Assembly (NCBI GenBank): GCA_037441705.1 | Contig: JBBIRR010000016.1 | Location: 1-64,000, forward strand | DNA from: Ignavibacteriales bacterium | GTDB taxonomy: Bacteria > Bacteroidota > Ignavibacteria > UBA10030 > UBA6906 | DNA: 64,000 nucleotides | Direction of reading: 5' to 3' | In this document: piece by piece, positions 36,091-45,614 of the stretch | Layout of the letters: the number at the start of each line of letters is the position of its first letter | How positions within the stretch are numbered: the stretch's first letter is position 1 | Notes under the pieces: model-generated | Databases searched by the model: none | Told to the model about the DNA's origin: nothing | Seen by the model: only the letters and a program-made list of their open reading frames with translations | Translations under genes and position numbers: made by a program

Positions 36091-37104
36091 TCAGGCAATC
36101 TCCAGATTCGCCACAGCGGGCACCTCGAAAACGGATGACTCGCCGCGCTGAAGTTTCAACCAACCGACATACGCAATCATTGCGCCGTTGTCCATGCAGT
36201 ACTCCATTTTGGGATAGAACAGACGAAGACCCAGACGTGCACACTCGTCCTTCATGCGGTTGCGGAGGCGACTGTTGGCCGAAACGCCGCCGGCAATCGT
36301 CACATCCTGTACGCCCATGAGACGCGCAGCGCGTATGGTTGTTTCGACCAACATATCAACGACTGCTTCCTGAAAGCTCGCGCAGATATCGGCAAGATGG
36401 TTTGGATCAATGACCGATGGATTTTCCAGCCAACCGTTGTTCCGCAAGTAATACAGGACGGAGGTCTTGATTCCGCTGAAGCTAAAATCAAAGCTTCCCT
36501 CATCCAACACAGCGCGGGGAAATCGAATGGCTTGCGGATTGCCTTGTGCCCCCAGCTTGTCGATCTTCGGGCCGCCGGGGTAGCCGAGGCCGAGCATCTT
36601 CGCCACCTTGTCGAACGCCTCGCCTGCGGCATCATCCCGCGTCTGGCCAAGTAAGTGGTGAACGAACGGCTCCGGAACGTGCACCAACATCGAGTGACCG
36701 CCGGAGACGATGAGCGAGAGGAAGGGGTACTCGGGCTTCTCCGCCATCAGAAAGTTGGAGTACAGGTGTCCCTCCATGTGGTTGACTGCAATGAACGGAA
36801 CGCCAAGCCCGTACGCCAGTGCTTTCGCGAAGTTCAAGCCGACCAGCAACGAGCCGACGAGGCCGGGACCCTGCGTTGCCGCTATCCCCTCGAGCTGTTC
36901 TTTTGTAACGCCGGCGCGTTGCAGCGCCTCCTCCACCACCTCGATAATCATCCGTTGATGGGCTCGCGAGGCAAGCTCCGGCACAACACCTCCGTATTTG
37001 CTGTGGACAAACTGCGAGGAGATGATGTTGGAGCGCACAACGCCGTCATCCACAACAGCGGCGGCCGTTTCATCGCATGATGTTTCAATGCCGAGAACGA
37101 GCAT
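36091..37104 (-). CDS. tsaD: tRNA N6-adenosine threonylcarbamoyltransferase
   Basis: LGIETSCDETAAAVV, GGVVPELASRAH, NHMEGH, DDAAGEAFDKVA, DNGAMIA. Confidence 0.97.
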   Translation of the reverse strand: MLVLGIETSCDETAAAVVDDGVVRSNIISSQFVHSKYGGVVPELASRAHQRMIIEVVEEALQRAGVTKEQLEGIAATQGPGLVGSLLVGLNFAKALAYGLGVPFIAVNHMEGHLYSNFLMAEKPEYPFLSLIVSGGHSMLVHVPEPFVHHLLGQTRDDAAGEAFDKVAKMLGLGYPGGPKIDKLGAQGNPQAIRFPRAVLDEGSFDFSFSGIKTSVLYYLRNNGWLENPSVIDPNHLADICASFQEAVVDMLVETTIRAARLMGVQDVTIAGGVSANSRLRNRMKDECARLGLRLFYPKMEYCMDNGAMIAYVGWLKLQRGESSVFEVPAVANLEIA

Positions 37105-37176
37105 GCACTCTTCACATGAATCTGCGAGGAACCGAAGCTATGGTACGGAAATGAGGAGTGAATTTCAAACGTGCCA

Positions 37177-37620
37177 TCAACTCCCCTCATCCAGCTTGAA
37201 GCGAACGCGCAGCACGCCGTTGTCATAGCTCGTGGAGATAATGCGGAATGTTCCAATCTCCTTTGTCGTCGTTACATGCTGTCCGATGCACGGACACGCA
37301 TCATACTCCCCGATGCGGATGATGCGAACGACATCGCCGGCCTGATCGGGGAGCCGACTCAGATCGAAGGAACACGCGGCATCGCTGCGCGAGAGAAGCT
37401 CCTCTCGTACGACGGCATTACTCTGAATCACCTCATTCACCCTGCGCTCCAGTTCCCGCACCTCCTCGTCCGTCAGATCTCGATCGAAGCGGTAGTCGCA
37501 CTTGGATTTTTTCTTCTCGAGATGCGTGCTGAAGGCGCGACCGCAGGTAAACATTCTCACCATCGTCTGGTTGAGAATGTGCTCGGCCGAGTGCATTCTC
37601 GGATCATAGTCTTTCGGCAT
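37177..37620 (-). CDS. Free-standing aminoacyl-tRNA editing protein (AlaX-S-like, tRNA_SAD domain)
   Basis: HSAEH (HxxxH) and CIGQH (CxxxH) Zn motifs, VRIIRIGEYD; 147 aa. Confidence 0.85.
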   Translation of the reverse strand: MPKDYDPRMHSAEHILNQTMVRMFTCGRAFSTHLEKKKSKCDYRFDRDLTDEEVRELERRVNEVIQSNAVVREELLSRSDAACSFDLSRLPDQAGDVVRIIRIGEYDACPCIGQHVTTTKEIGTFRIISTSYDNGVLRVRFKLDEGS

Positions 37621-37624
37621 CGTA

Positions 37625-40600
37625 CTACTTCTCTACCTTAATGGGGGTGTACGGCTCAAAGAAGGAAATCTTCGCCGCATCGACTGCGTGTTGATACTTC
37701 GGAAACTCCTTCTCAAAGAACGCGTTGATGGCATCGGCAACTTCCTTCAACCGATCAATCGTCTGATCGTACACAACGAGCTGGGTCTCCGTGGGAGCGT
37801 ACCAGGCCGAGCGGGCATAACTCAGCGCCGTGTTCAGTCTGCTCTGCAGCACGCTCGGATCCCATCGCCACCCTTGCACTTCCTTATCCACAAATAACTC
37901 ATTGAGCTTCTTGATCGAATCCTGCATTGCCTTGCCAAGGTCTTTCACCTTCTGCGCGGCAGAGTCGGTACGATCTTTCACGAGTCCTGCAATCTGCTCG
38001 ATTCTTTTTCTGGCGTCGCGGAGCCTGTCGGCGGCGTCGGTGGCAAGGCGTATCTTTCCGTAGAGTTTCTCCAACATCGCGGTTCGGGCCTCGATGTCGG
38101 CTGCAGTGTATGGAACGCGATGATCGAGCTTCACGTTGACTGTTGCCGAGTCACGGTGGCTTCCGTAGGTCACTCGCACGGTGTACGTCCCCGGTGGCAC
38201 GTCCCAACCTCCCGGCTCGGGCGCACCGGGTTCGGGTTTCGGTTGTGAAGGCATGCGTTCCACCTTCCGGTCGAGATTCCACTGCGTGCGGTTCAATCCC
38301 TTCTCCACTTTCACACGCAGGGTCCGAATGACCTCGCCTGCGCGGTTCATCACCTCAATCGTAACGCTGTCGGGAGCCGCCACCGAGTCTTTCCTGGCCT
38401 TTTCTGTTGCTTTCGCCGCGAGCTTCGCTTTTGCCGTATCCGGAGGGTTGACAAGAATCGAAAGCCGTGCGCCGGACGGCCGATTTTCTCCGGCAAATTC
38501 CGCATCGCCGGGAAAGAACATCCCGCCCGCACGGGGACCATACCATGCAAGCGTGGCTTCGGGAATCGGGAAAAGATGCAGCGGTTTGTTCAGCAGCGAG
38601 ATACCGTTGCGGGCAATTTGCCGCAGCGGACCGAGATCATCCAGCACATACACCGCGCGCCCGAATGTCCCCACGACAAGATCATGTTCCCGCGGATGAA
38701 TCACCATGTCCATCGTCGAAACCGTAGGATAGCCGTGCTTCCACTTTGTCCAGACCTTTCCGCCATCAACGCTCACATACAGACCGAATTCGGAGCCGAG
38801 AAACATCAGCTTCGGCTCGACCGGATCTTGAACGAACGAAAGCACGAATCCCCAGACCTGCTTCTCATCCGCAAGCCGTTCCCACGTCGTGCCGAAGTTC
38901 GTCGTGCGAAACAGGTACGGCGTCCAGTCGTTACGCCGATGATTGTCGAACATGACGAATGCCTCCGCCGCATTGTAGGACGACGGATGAATCTGCGGAA
39001 TCCACGTACTCTCCGGAACGCCCTTCACGTTACGGACGACATTCGTCCAGCTCGCGCCGCCGTCGGTCGTCACCTGAAGGTTGCCGTCGTCCGTTCCCAC
39101 CCAAATCACGCCCTGGCGGACGGGACTCGGTGCAATGGCGATGATGGTGCAGTGGTTTTCGGCAGTCGTCACGTCGTAGGTCAGGCCGCCGCTTTCCAGT
39201 TGCTTCTGCTTGGAGGTATCGTTGGTGGTGAGATCGGGAGAAATGATCTGCCACGAGTCGCCGCGGTTGGTACTCTTGTGCAAGAACTGACTGCCGTAAT
39301 AGATGGTCGTGGGACTGAACGGATCGTGCGCGATACCTGCGTTCCAGTTGAAGCGCAACTTCACGTTCGCAGGATGAGCAGGCCGGATGTACTTCGCGTC
39401 GCCTGTCAGCATATCCACACGGCTGAGGTTTCCGCCCTGCCACATGGAGTAGCAATAGCGTGGATTGCTTCGATCGGGAACGACATCAAACCCATCACCC
39501 CACCCAACATTTTGCCACTCTGCGTTGACAATGCCGCCCCAGTGATAGGCGTAGGCGGGTCCGCACCACGAGCCGTTATCCTGCAATCCGCCGTAGACGC
39601 GGTACGGCGTTTCCAGATCAACGTTGATGTGATAGAATTGTCCAAGCGGGAGATTCTCGATGAAGCGCCACGTTCTTCCGCGATCGCGAGAGATTGCCGC
39701 GCCGCCGTCGTTTCCGTTGATCAGAAAGTTCGGATTATCGGGATGAACATACAGCGCGTGGTGATCGCCGTGCACGGCGCTCCATCCGATGAATGTCTCG
39801 AACGTCTTGCCCGCATCGATGCTGACAGAGACTTCCGTGTACAGATTGTAGAGGCGATCTTCGTTTTGTGGGTCGGCAACGATTTCACCATAGTAGAAGG
39901 GGCGATTGCCGATGTTCGTATCGGCGACTTTCTTCCACGAGAATCCTCCGTCATCCGAGCGATAAAGCGCGTTCTTTTCCGACTCGATGAGCGCATACAC
40001 GCGATCGGGATTGCTCGGCGCAATCGCCAGGCCGATGCGGCCGAGGTTGCCTTTCGGCAAGCCTTCTTCGTGCGTCAGTTTTTTCCATGACGTTCCGCCA
40101 TCGAACGTCACGTACAACCCCGATCCGGCCCCGCCCGACCTGAAGAACCAGGGCCAGCGGCGGTATTCCCACATCGCAGCAAACAGTTTGTTGGGATTTG
40201 TCGGATCCATCACGAGGTCCGCGCAGCCTGTTTTTTCATTCACATACAAAACCTTCTGCCACGATTGTCCGCCGTTGGTGGTTTTGAAGACGCCGCGTTC
40301 GGGATTCTCGCCCCAGGCTGCCCCGAGCGCCGCAACGTACGCGACGTGTGGATTCTGCGGATCGAGAATCAGCCGATGGATGTTCCGTGTGTTGTCAAGA
40401 CCGAGATGCTTCCACGTCTTTCCTCCGTCGAGCGTTTTGTACACGCCGTTGCCGTTGGTCTGACTGTTGCGCGGATTCCCTTCGCCCGTTCCCACCCACA
40501 CAATATCCGGCGTACGCTGATCGATCGCCACAGCGCCGATGGACGCGACAGCAAGTGTATCGAACACCGGCGTCCAGCTCACGCCGCCGCTCTCGGACTT

Positions 40601-40828
40601 CCACAACCCGCCCGATGCGCTGCCGATGTAGATGACGTTCGGATTTCGCCGTACCACGTCGATTGCCGTTACGCGGCCGCTCATGCCGGCAGGACCAATG
40701 CTGCGGAACTTGAGGTTCTTGAGCTTCTCCATGTCAAGCGGTTGAGCAGCCGCAGTCGTTGAAGCAACGAGAGAGAAGCATAGAACGAAGTGAAGACAAA
40801 GAGAGAACCGGCTGTTCACAATCCTCAT
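37625..40828 (-). CDS. VPS10/sortilin-like BNR-repeat beta-propeller protein (secreted)
   Basis: FRSIGPAGMSGRVTAI; many SxDGGxxW Asp-boxes; signal peptide from MRIVNS behind AGAGGAG. Confidence 0.85.
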   Translation of the reverse strand: MRIVNSRFSLCLHFVLCFSLVASTTAAAQPLDMEKLKNLKFRSIGPAGMSGRVTAIDVVRRNPNVIYIGSASGGLWKSESGGVSWTPVFDTLAVASIGAVAIDQRTPDIVWVGTGEGNPRNSQTNGNGVYKTLDGGKTWKHLGLDNTRNIHRLILDPQNPHVAYVAALGAAWGENPERGVFKTTNGGQSWQKVLYVNEKTGCADLVMDPTNPNKLFAAMWEYRRWPWFFRSGGAGSGLYVTFDGGTSWKKLTHEEGLPKGNLGRIGLAIAPSNPDRVYALIESEKNALYRSDDGGFSWKKVADTNIGNRPFYYGEIVADPQNEDRLYNLYTEVSVSIDAGKTFETFIGWSAVHGDHHALYVHPDNPNFLINGNDGGAAISRDRGRTWRFIENLPLGQFYHINVDLETPYRVYGGLQDNGSWCGPAYAYHWGGIVNAEWQNVGWGDGFDVVPDRSNPRYCYSMWQGGNLSRVDMLTGDAKYIRPAHPANVKLRFNWNAGIAHDPFSPTTIYYGSQFLHKSTNRGDSWQIISPDLTTNDTSKQKQLESGGLTYDVTTAENHCTIIAIAPSPVRQGVIWVGTDDGNLQVTTDGGASWTNVVRNVKGVPESTWIPQIHPSSYNAAEAFVMFDNHRRNDWTPYLFRTTNFGTTWERLADEKQVWGFVLSFVQDPVEPKLMFLGSEFGLYVSVDGGKVWTKWKHGYPTVSTMDMVIHPREHDLVVGTFGRAVYVLDDLGPLRQIARNGISLLNKPLHLFPIPEATLAWYGPRAGGMFFPGDAEFAGENRPSGARLSILVNPPDTAKAKLAAKATEKARKDSVAAPDSVTIEVMNRAGEVIRTLRVKVEKGLNRTQWNLDRKVERMPSQPKPEPGAPEPGGWDVPPGTYTVRVTYGSHRDSATVNVKLDHRVPYTAADIEARTAMLEKLYGKIRLATDAADRLRDARKRIEQIAGLVKDRTDSAAQKVKDLGKAMQDSIKKLNELFVDKEVQGWRWDPSVLQSRLNTALSYARSAWYAPTETQLVVYDQTIDRLKEVADAINAFFEKEFPKYQHAVDAAKISFFEPYTPIKVEK

Positions 40829-40980
40829 GATAACTCCTCTTGATGAGTGTTGATGGAAGGTCTGAAGACGGCAATTCGTACTTGTGCTTCCGAGAGAGTC
40901 GAAAGGCGGAAGAAACTTACGAAGGGTTGCAGGAAGATGCAAGAGCAAACGTCTTCTCAGGTCGACGCAGAGAGGACACC

Positions 40981-43689
40981 TCAGTAGATGTCTCTCGCAC
41001 TTTCCTGTTTCGTCACTTTGATGTCTTGAAGCTGAGGAGCCTTCAACCGAATCTCGAGTCGGTAGTTGCGATACGGGCCGGTCGGCACCCAGTTGAAATT
41101 CATCTCCCAGCAATGCAAGTCCCTGTACACACTCACCTGCGGCGCAGCAAACTGCTTGGTCACGAGATCGTAGTTGGTGCTTGCCGAGATTTTCCAGAAT
41201 TCCGTGAGATTGAAGCTTAACGCCGCCGCAATGTTCGCCTGGCGCAGCTTCACGCGCGGGTCGTGCTGCGACTGGGAGAAGTTGTAGGAAAGCTCCAGGT
41301 TCCAGGGGATACTGAAGTCCGGCAGCGGCTCATCGTACAGTTGCCGCGTTCCCGAGACGCGCCGCAGCGAGTCTTCGGCGGTGTGTGTCGGCCCAGCGGA
41401 CGTCTTTTTCTTCTCGCCGCTCAGCGCCGTCGAAAGGCTGATGCTGAAGCTGGTCAGTTGTGCAAGCTGCCCCGTTTCGTTGATCAGAAATTTGTTGACG
41501 CGCCGTCCCACCTGAGGCTGCAGCGGATCAGGCTCGAACTTGTAGAGGTTGAAGCTCATTCCGCCGCTGATGTTGAGCAGCGTGCCGATGTTCGTTCGAT
41601 AGCCGACACCAATCTCATCGAACTTGAGACTATCGCGGGCAAAATTGTAGCCGGCACGAACGTCAAAGTTCAGCAACTGAAACTTGTTCTCCTGGCCGGC
41701 CGAATCCGTGCCTTCCGTTTTCATCTCGATCACGTTGCCGATACTCAACCCAATAGCCTGACGTTCCTCGCCCGGCGCGCCCCCGAAAATCTCGCGTTCA
41801 AAAAAACTATACTTCTGGACTCGACCAAACTGATCGGTATAGCGGCCGTAGTAGCCGTAGGAGGGCTTTGAAAAATCCGGTTGGTAGGTGTACGAAAGAA
41901 CCGGCGTAACCTGATGGCGAATGCCTTTGATGCCGAGGATGTTGGGTTGAACAATCCCGTAAAACTTCGTGCTTGCCGCAACGCCCAGATCGAAATAGCG
42001 AACGGCGTTGAAGCCCTTCACTTCTTCATCACGTATTTGATACGTTGTATCGAGCAGACCTCCGGTCGGATCATCACGCCTTCTGTCCTTGGTAACCACC
42101 TTGCGGATACTCTGCACAAGCGAACGACGAATACTCCTGTCATACCACTTCTCGGTGTAGTTGAAGAACGGCGTGATCGTGAAGTAGCCCAGCTTGGGCG
42201 ACGCGTTTACGGCAAGCGCATGCTGCACACCGCGGCGCTCGTCAATGCGACGGAAGCCCGTGCTATCGGCTTTGTACGCGTCACGGCGATTTGAGAGCTG
42301 ACCGTTGTACGTGTATCCGATTAACTCAAACCACGCCAGCGAGGAGCTGCCTTCCGAGGACTTCTTGCTGCGAAAGGGAAAGCTCTGCGCGCGACTGAAG
42401 CTGATATTCGGCAACCCGTCGCTGATCTCTAACTCGCCGGGGCGCGGCTGGAGGCTTTGCTTCCGACTGACATTGATGGTAAGACTGTTCGGCGTTCCTT
42501 CCCAGGATTTGGTCAGCGTCGCGTTGGAGTAGATTTCCTGCCGCAACAGGTCATTCAACTGGTAGCTCACGTTCTGATAGTATGATGATCCGCTCGTGAA
42601 TGTGAAATCCACGACCAGCCGCGTTGTGGGATTGAACTCCTGATTGTGCCCGAGATGGATGTTGAAGACTTTTTGGGATGAGAATGCCGGATCGCCGCGC
42701 TCACCCGAAAGGGTTTTGGCGAGCGAAGCGCTGATGCTTCCGGTGAAGTTATAGCGGAGCGCGTAGCGGTAGTCGCCATACAGCACCCAGCTTCCTTTCG
42801 TGTAGCCATCCGCTCGCACGCTCAGGTCCATGTAATCGTTCATCGCCCAGTAATACCCGAAGTGCAGCAGATAGCGTCCGCGCCCGCTCTGACCGTAGGC
42901 CGGCGAGATGAAGCCCGAACGTCGGCCGCGCTGTGCCGGAAACACGCCGAACGGCAAGGCAAACACCGGCACATCCGAAACGTACAAATACACCGGCCGT
43001 CCGACAATCTGATCCTGAAGGACGATCTTCATCTCGGGACTGGCAAAGTAATAATGCGGATGTTCGGCGTCGCAGGTCGTGTACTTGCCATCGGCAACGA
43101 AGAGAACATCCGTCGAGACCTTTTTGATTTCCTCGCCGCGATAGTACCCTTGCTCGATCTCGGTCCTGCCGACTTGTACCTTCCCCTTTTTTGTTTTGAA
43201 ATTGTAGGCGATTTTCACGCCACGATAGGTCTCAGGGCCATCAATCAGATCGGGCGCGCCGCGCAATCCCGTCCCCGAGGTATCCGACGAATCGGGCACA
43301 CCAACCGCGTTGAGAATGGAGGTGTTCCAGTTGATGTCGATCAGCTCGGCTTTCAGTCCAAGGTCACGATACTTGATGTCACCCTTCCCGTACAGAAACA
43401 TCGTCTTGGAGCTGAGAGAATAAACGATCGAGTCGGATGCGCTGTACACGACGATCGAGTCGATGCCCGAAGGAGACTCCCGCGCCTTGAGTGTGTCGGT
43501 CTTGGCCGTATCTGCCAGCGTCGTATCGGCAGCAAGGGCGAGAGTGTCCGGCTTGAGAGGAATCGGCTGCGGGGAATCACGCACTTGTGCCTTCATGCTG
43601 CCGGAAGCCGAAGCGACAACAAGGATCGTGAAGAATAGTCGGAAAGCCCCCCGTCGCAGCGGAAGGTTCCTCAAGCCTTCACCTTTCAT
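40981..43689 (-). CDS. lptD: LPS-assembly protein LptD (Bacteroidota type)
   Basis: YNFKTKKG, YTTCDAEHPHYYF, RRSGFISPAYG, YRDLHCWEMNFNW..LQDIK. Confidence 0.85.
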   Translation of the reverse strand: MKGEGLRNLPLRRGAFRLFFTILVVASASGSMKAQVRDSPQPIPLKPDTLALAADTTLADTAKTDTLKARESPSGIDSIVVYSASDSIVYSLSSKTMFLYGKGDIKYRDLGLKAELIDINWNTSILNAVGVPDSSDTSGTGLRGAPDLIDGPETYRGVKIAYNFKTKKGKVQVGRTEIEQGYYRGEEIKKVSTDVLFVADGKYTTCDAEHPHYYFASPEMKIVLQDQIVGRPVYLYVSDVPVFALPFGVFPAQRGRRSGFISPAYGQSGRGRYLLHFGYYWAMNDYMDLSVRADGYTKGSWVLYGDYRYALRYNFTGSISASLAKTLSGERGDPAFSSQKVFNIHLGHNQEFNPTTRLVVDFTFTSGSSYYQNVSYQLNDLLRQEIYSNATLTKSWEGTPNSLTINVSRKQSLQPRPGELEISDGLPNISFSRAQSFPFRSKKSSEGSSSLAWFELIGYTYNGQLSNRRDAYKADSTGFRRIDERRGVQHALAVNASPKLGYFTITPFFNYTEKWYDRSIRRSLVQSIRKVVTKDRRRDDPTGGLLDTTYQIRDEEVKGFNAVRYFDLGVAASTKFYGIVQPNILGIKGIRHQVTPVLSYTYQPDFSKPSYGYYGRYTDQFGRVQKYSFFEREIFGGAPGEERQAIGLSIGNVIEMKTEGTDSAGQENKFQLLNFDVRAGYNFARDSLKFDEIGVGYRTNIGTLLNISGGMSFNLYKFEPDPLQPQVGRRVNKFLINETGQLAQLTSFSISLSTALSGEKKKTSAGPTHTAEDSLRRVSGTRQLYDEPLPDFSIPWNLELSYNFSQSQHDPRVKLRQANIAAALSFNLTEFWKISASTNYDLVTKQFAAPQVSVYRDLHCWEMNFNWVPTGPYRNYRLEIRLKAPQLQDIKVTKQESARDIY

Positions 43690-43737
43690 TCGTGGTGATG
43701 CGTTGACACATTGCACTACGATGATCTCCGGTCTCTC

Positions 43738-45060
43738 TCAGCGTTTGCGCGAACGCCACCAAGCAAGCAGGCGTTCGCGAATCTTCTTCTCAGCTCCATG
43801 TTCCGTCGGACGGTAATAGACCCTCGCTTGCAGCCCATCCGGTAAATACTGTTGTTCGACGAAGTGACCATCAAAGTCGTGGCTGTACTTGTAGCCGCTG
43901 CCGTAGCCGAGATTGTCCATCAGACGAGTCGGCGCATTGCGCAGATGCAGGGGCACGGGTTCATTCGGCTTGTTCTTCACATCGGCCATCGCTTCGTTGA
44001 TTGCGATGTAGGAAGCGTTGCTCTTCGGACACGAGGCAAGATAGGTTGCTGTTTGGGCAAGAACAATCCTTGCCTCCGGCATTCCGATAGCGTGAACGGC
44101 GGTGAAGCAAGACGTGGCAAGTGTAAGGGCGTACGGATCGGCGTTCCCAATGTCTTCCGAAGCGAGAATCACCATGCGCCGTGCGATAAACAACGGGTCC
44201 TCGCCGCCTTCGAGCATTCTGGCAAGCCAGTACACCGCAGCATCCGGGTCACTGCCGCGCACGCTCTTGATGAATGCCGAGATAAGACTGTAATGTTCCT
44301 CTCCGCCTTTGTCGTACTTAACGTATTTTCGTTGGAACGCCTCTTCGATTTCTTTCTTTGTCACAATACGACGACCGCTCGCGTCCGGCGTCGTCAGTCC
44401 AGCAGCGGTCTCAACTCCATTGAGCATGATGCGTGCATCGCCGGCAGAAAGGAGAAACAGGTAATCTCGGTCTTGCACCTCGACCTTCAGGGCGCGCAGT
44501 ATCTCATCTTTGTGCAGCGCTCCCTCCAGTACGCGATCAAGGTCTGCGTTGCTGAGCGGTTCCAGGACATACACCCGCGTGCGGGAAAGCAGCGGGGCAA
44601 TGACTTCGAACGAGGGATTCTCCGTCGTGGCTCCGATGAGGATGATGACACCTTCTTCGACGGAATGCAGCAGCGCATCTTGCTGTGCCTTGTTGAAACG
44701 ATGGATCTCGTCAATGAAGAGAATCGTTCGTTTGCCCAGGCGTTTCCTGTTGCGAGCGGCATGCTCCATCACCTCGCGCACCTCTTTCACGCCCGACGCA
44801 ACGGCGTTCAGTTGAAAGAACGCAGCCTTCGTGTGGTGAGCAACAATGCGTGCCAGTGTCGTTTTGCCGCTTCCCGGCGGACCCCAGAAGATCATTGACG
44901 GTACGCTGTCACTTTCGATCAGCGTGCGCAACGGCTTTCCTTCGCCCAGCAGATGGTTCTGCCCCACAAACTCGTCCAGCGTGTGCGGACGTACCCGCTC
45001 GGCCAGAGGAACGTGTGATGATGGTGGGGTTTCGTGAGGTGTGGGTTCGAAAAGTTCCAT
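43738..45060 (-). CDS. rarA: Replication-associated recombination protein A (MgsA)
   Basis: PLAERVRP, WGPPGSGKTT, FIDEIHRFNKAQQD, ISAFIKSVRGSDPDAA, VPLHLRNAPT. Confidence 0.96.
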   Translation of the reverse strand: MELFEPTPHETPPSSHVPLAERVRPHTLDEFVGQNHLLGEGKPLRTLIESDSVPSMIFWGPPGSGKTTLARIVAHHTKAAFFQLNAVASGVKEVREVMEHAARNRKRLGKRTILFIDEIHRFNKAQQDALLHSVEEGVIILIGATTENPSFEVIAPLLSRTRVYVLEPLSNADLDRVLEGALHKDEILRALKVEVQDRDYLFLLSAGDARIMLNGVETAAGLTTPDASGRRIVTKKEIEEAFQRKYVKYDKGGEEHYSLISAFIKSVRGSDPDAAVYWLARMLEGGEDPLFIARRMVILASEDIGNADPYALTLATSCFTAVHAIGMPEARIVLAQTATYLASCPKSNASYIAINEAMADVKNKPNEPVPLHLRNAPTRLMDNLGYGSGYKYSHDFDGHFVEQQYLPDGLQARVYYRPTEHGAEKKIRERLLAWWRSRKR

Positions 45061-45062
45061 GG

Positions 45063-45134
45063 TTTGCGAATTGCGGATTTCGAACGTGTGATTGCGGAGC
45101 TTACTCCGCAACGAGGACGTCGCAATCCGCAATT
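45063..45134. repeat. Degenerate heptamer repeats forming nested inverted repeats
   Basis: AATTGCGGATT(45069-45079)/AATCCGCAATT(45124-45134) enclosing TTGCGGAG-CTTA-CTCCGCAA(45092-45111). Confidence 0.6.
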
Positions 45135-45153
45135 ATCAGAACATCACAAGGCG

Positions 45154-45495
45154 TCACTTCCGATTCACCTTGTAGACTGTTTCTCCTTCGCGGATCATCC
45201 CATACTTTTCGCGAGCAACTTTTTCTATTGCGCGGGGATCGCCTTCCAACGCCTTCACTTCTGCCTGCAGGCGTTGCTGCTCCAGCTCTGCCCGGCGGAT
45301 TTTCTCCTGAAGCTCGGCTCGTTGCTGCAGGAGACGAACATGCGTGAGGATGCCGTGCGAACCGAACAGCAGGTACAGCACCACCGTGGCCGCAAGTCCC
45401 AACCGAACCATGAAGCGTTTGTTCTTCAAAAGCTTCACCATGCGGTCGCGCAGCCGGGATCGCTTTTTCTCTCTCCGGTAGAAGGGGCCATCCAT
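45154..45495 (-). CDS. ftsB: Septum formation initiator (FtsB/DivIC family)
   Basis: Single TM, LFGSHG, coiled coil, IEKVAREKYGMIREGETVY. Confidence 0.85.
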   Translation of the reverse strand: MDGPFYRREKKRSRLRDRMVKLLKNKRFMVRLGLAATVVLYLLFGSHGILTHVRLLQQRAELQEKIRRAELEQQRLQAEVKALEGDPRAIEKVAREKYGMIREGETVYKVNRK

Positions 45496-45563
45496 GACGC
45501 AACAAATGTAGCAATTATTCGAAGGGCATGCAAACACCGGCATGGACATCCCCCACAAACACC

Positions 45564-45592
45564 AAAGCCGAATCCGTAGAGAATTCGGCTTT
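45564..45592 (-). terminator. Probable terminator hairpin
   Basis: AAAGCCGAAT...ATTCGGCTTT inverted repeat just downstream of the stop at 45615. Confidence 0.55.
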
Positions 45593-45614
45593 GGCGTGGA
45601 AGCGGCTGAAACGC

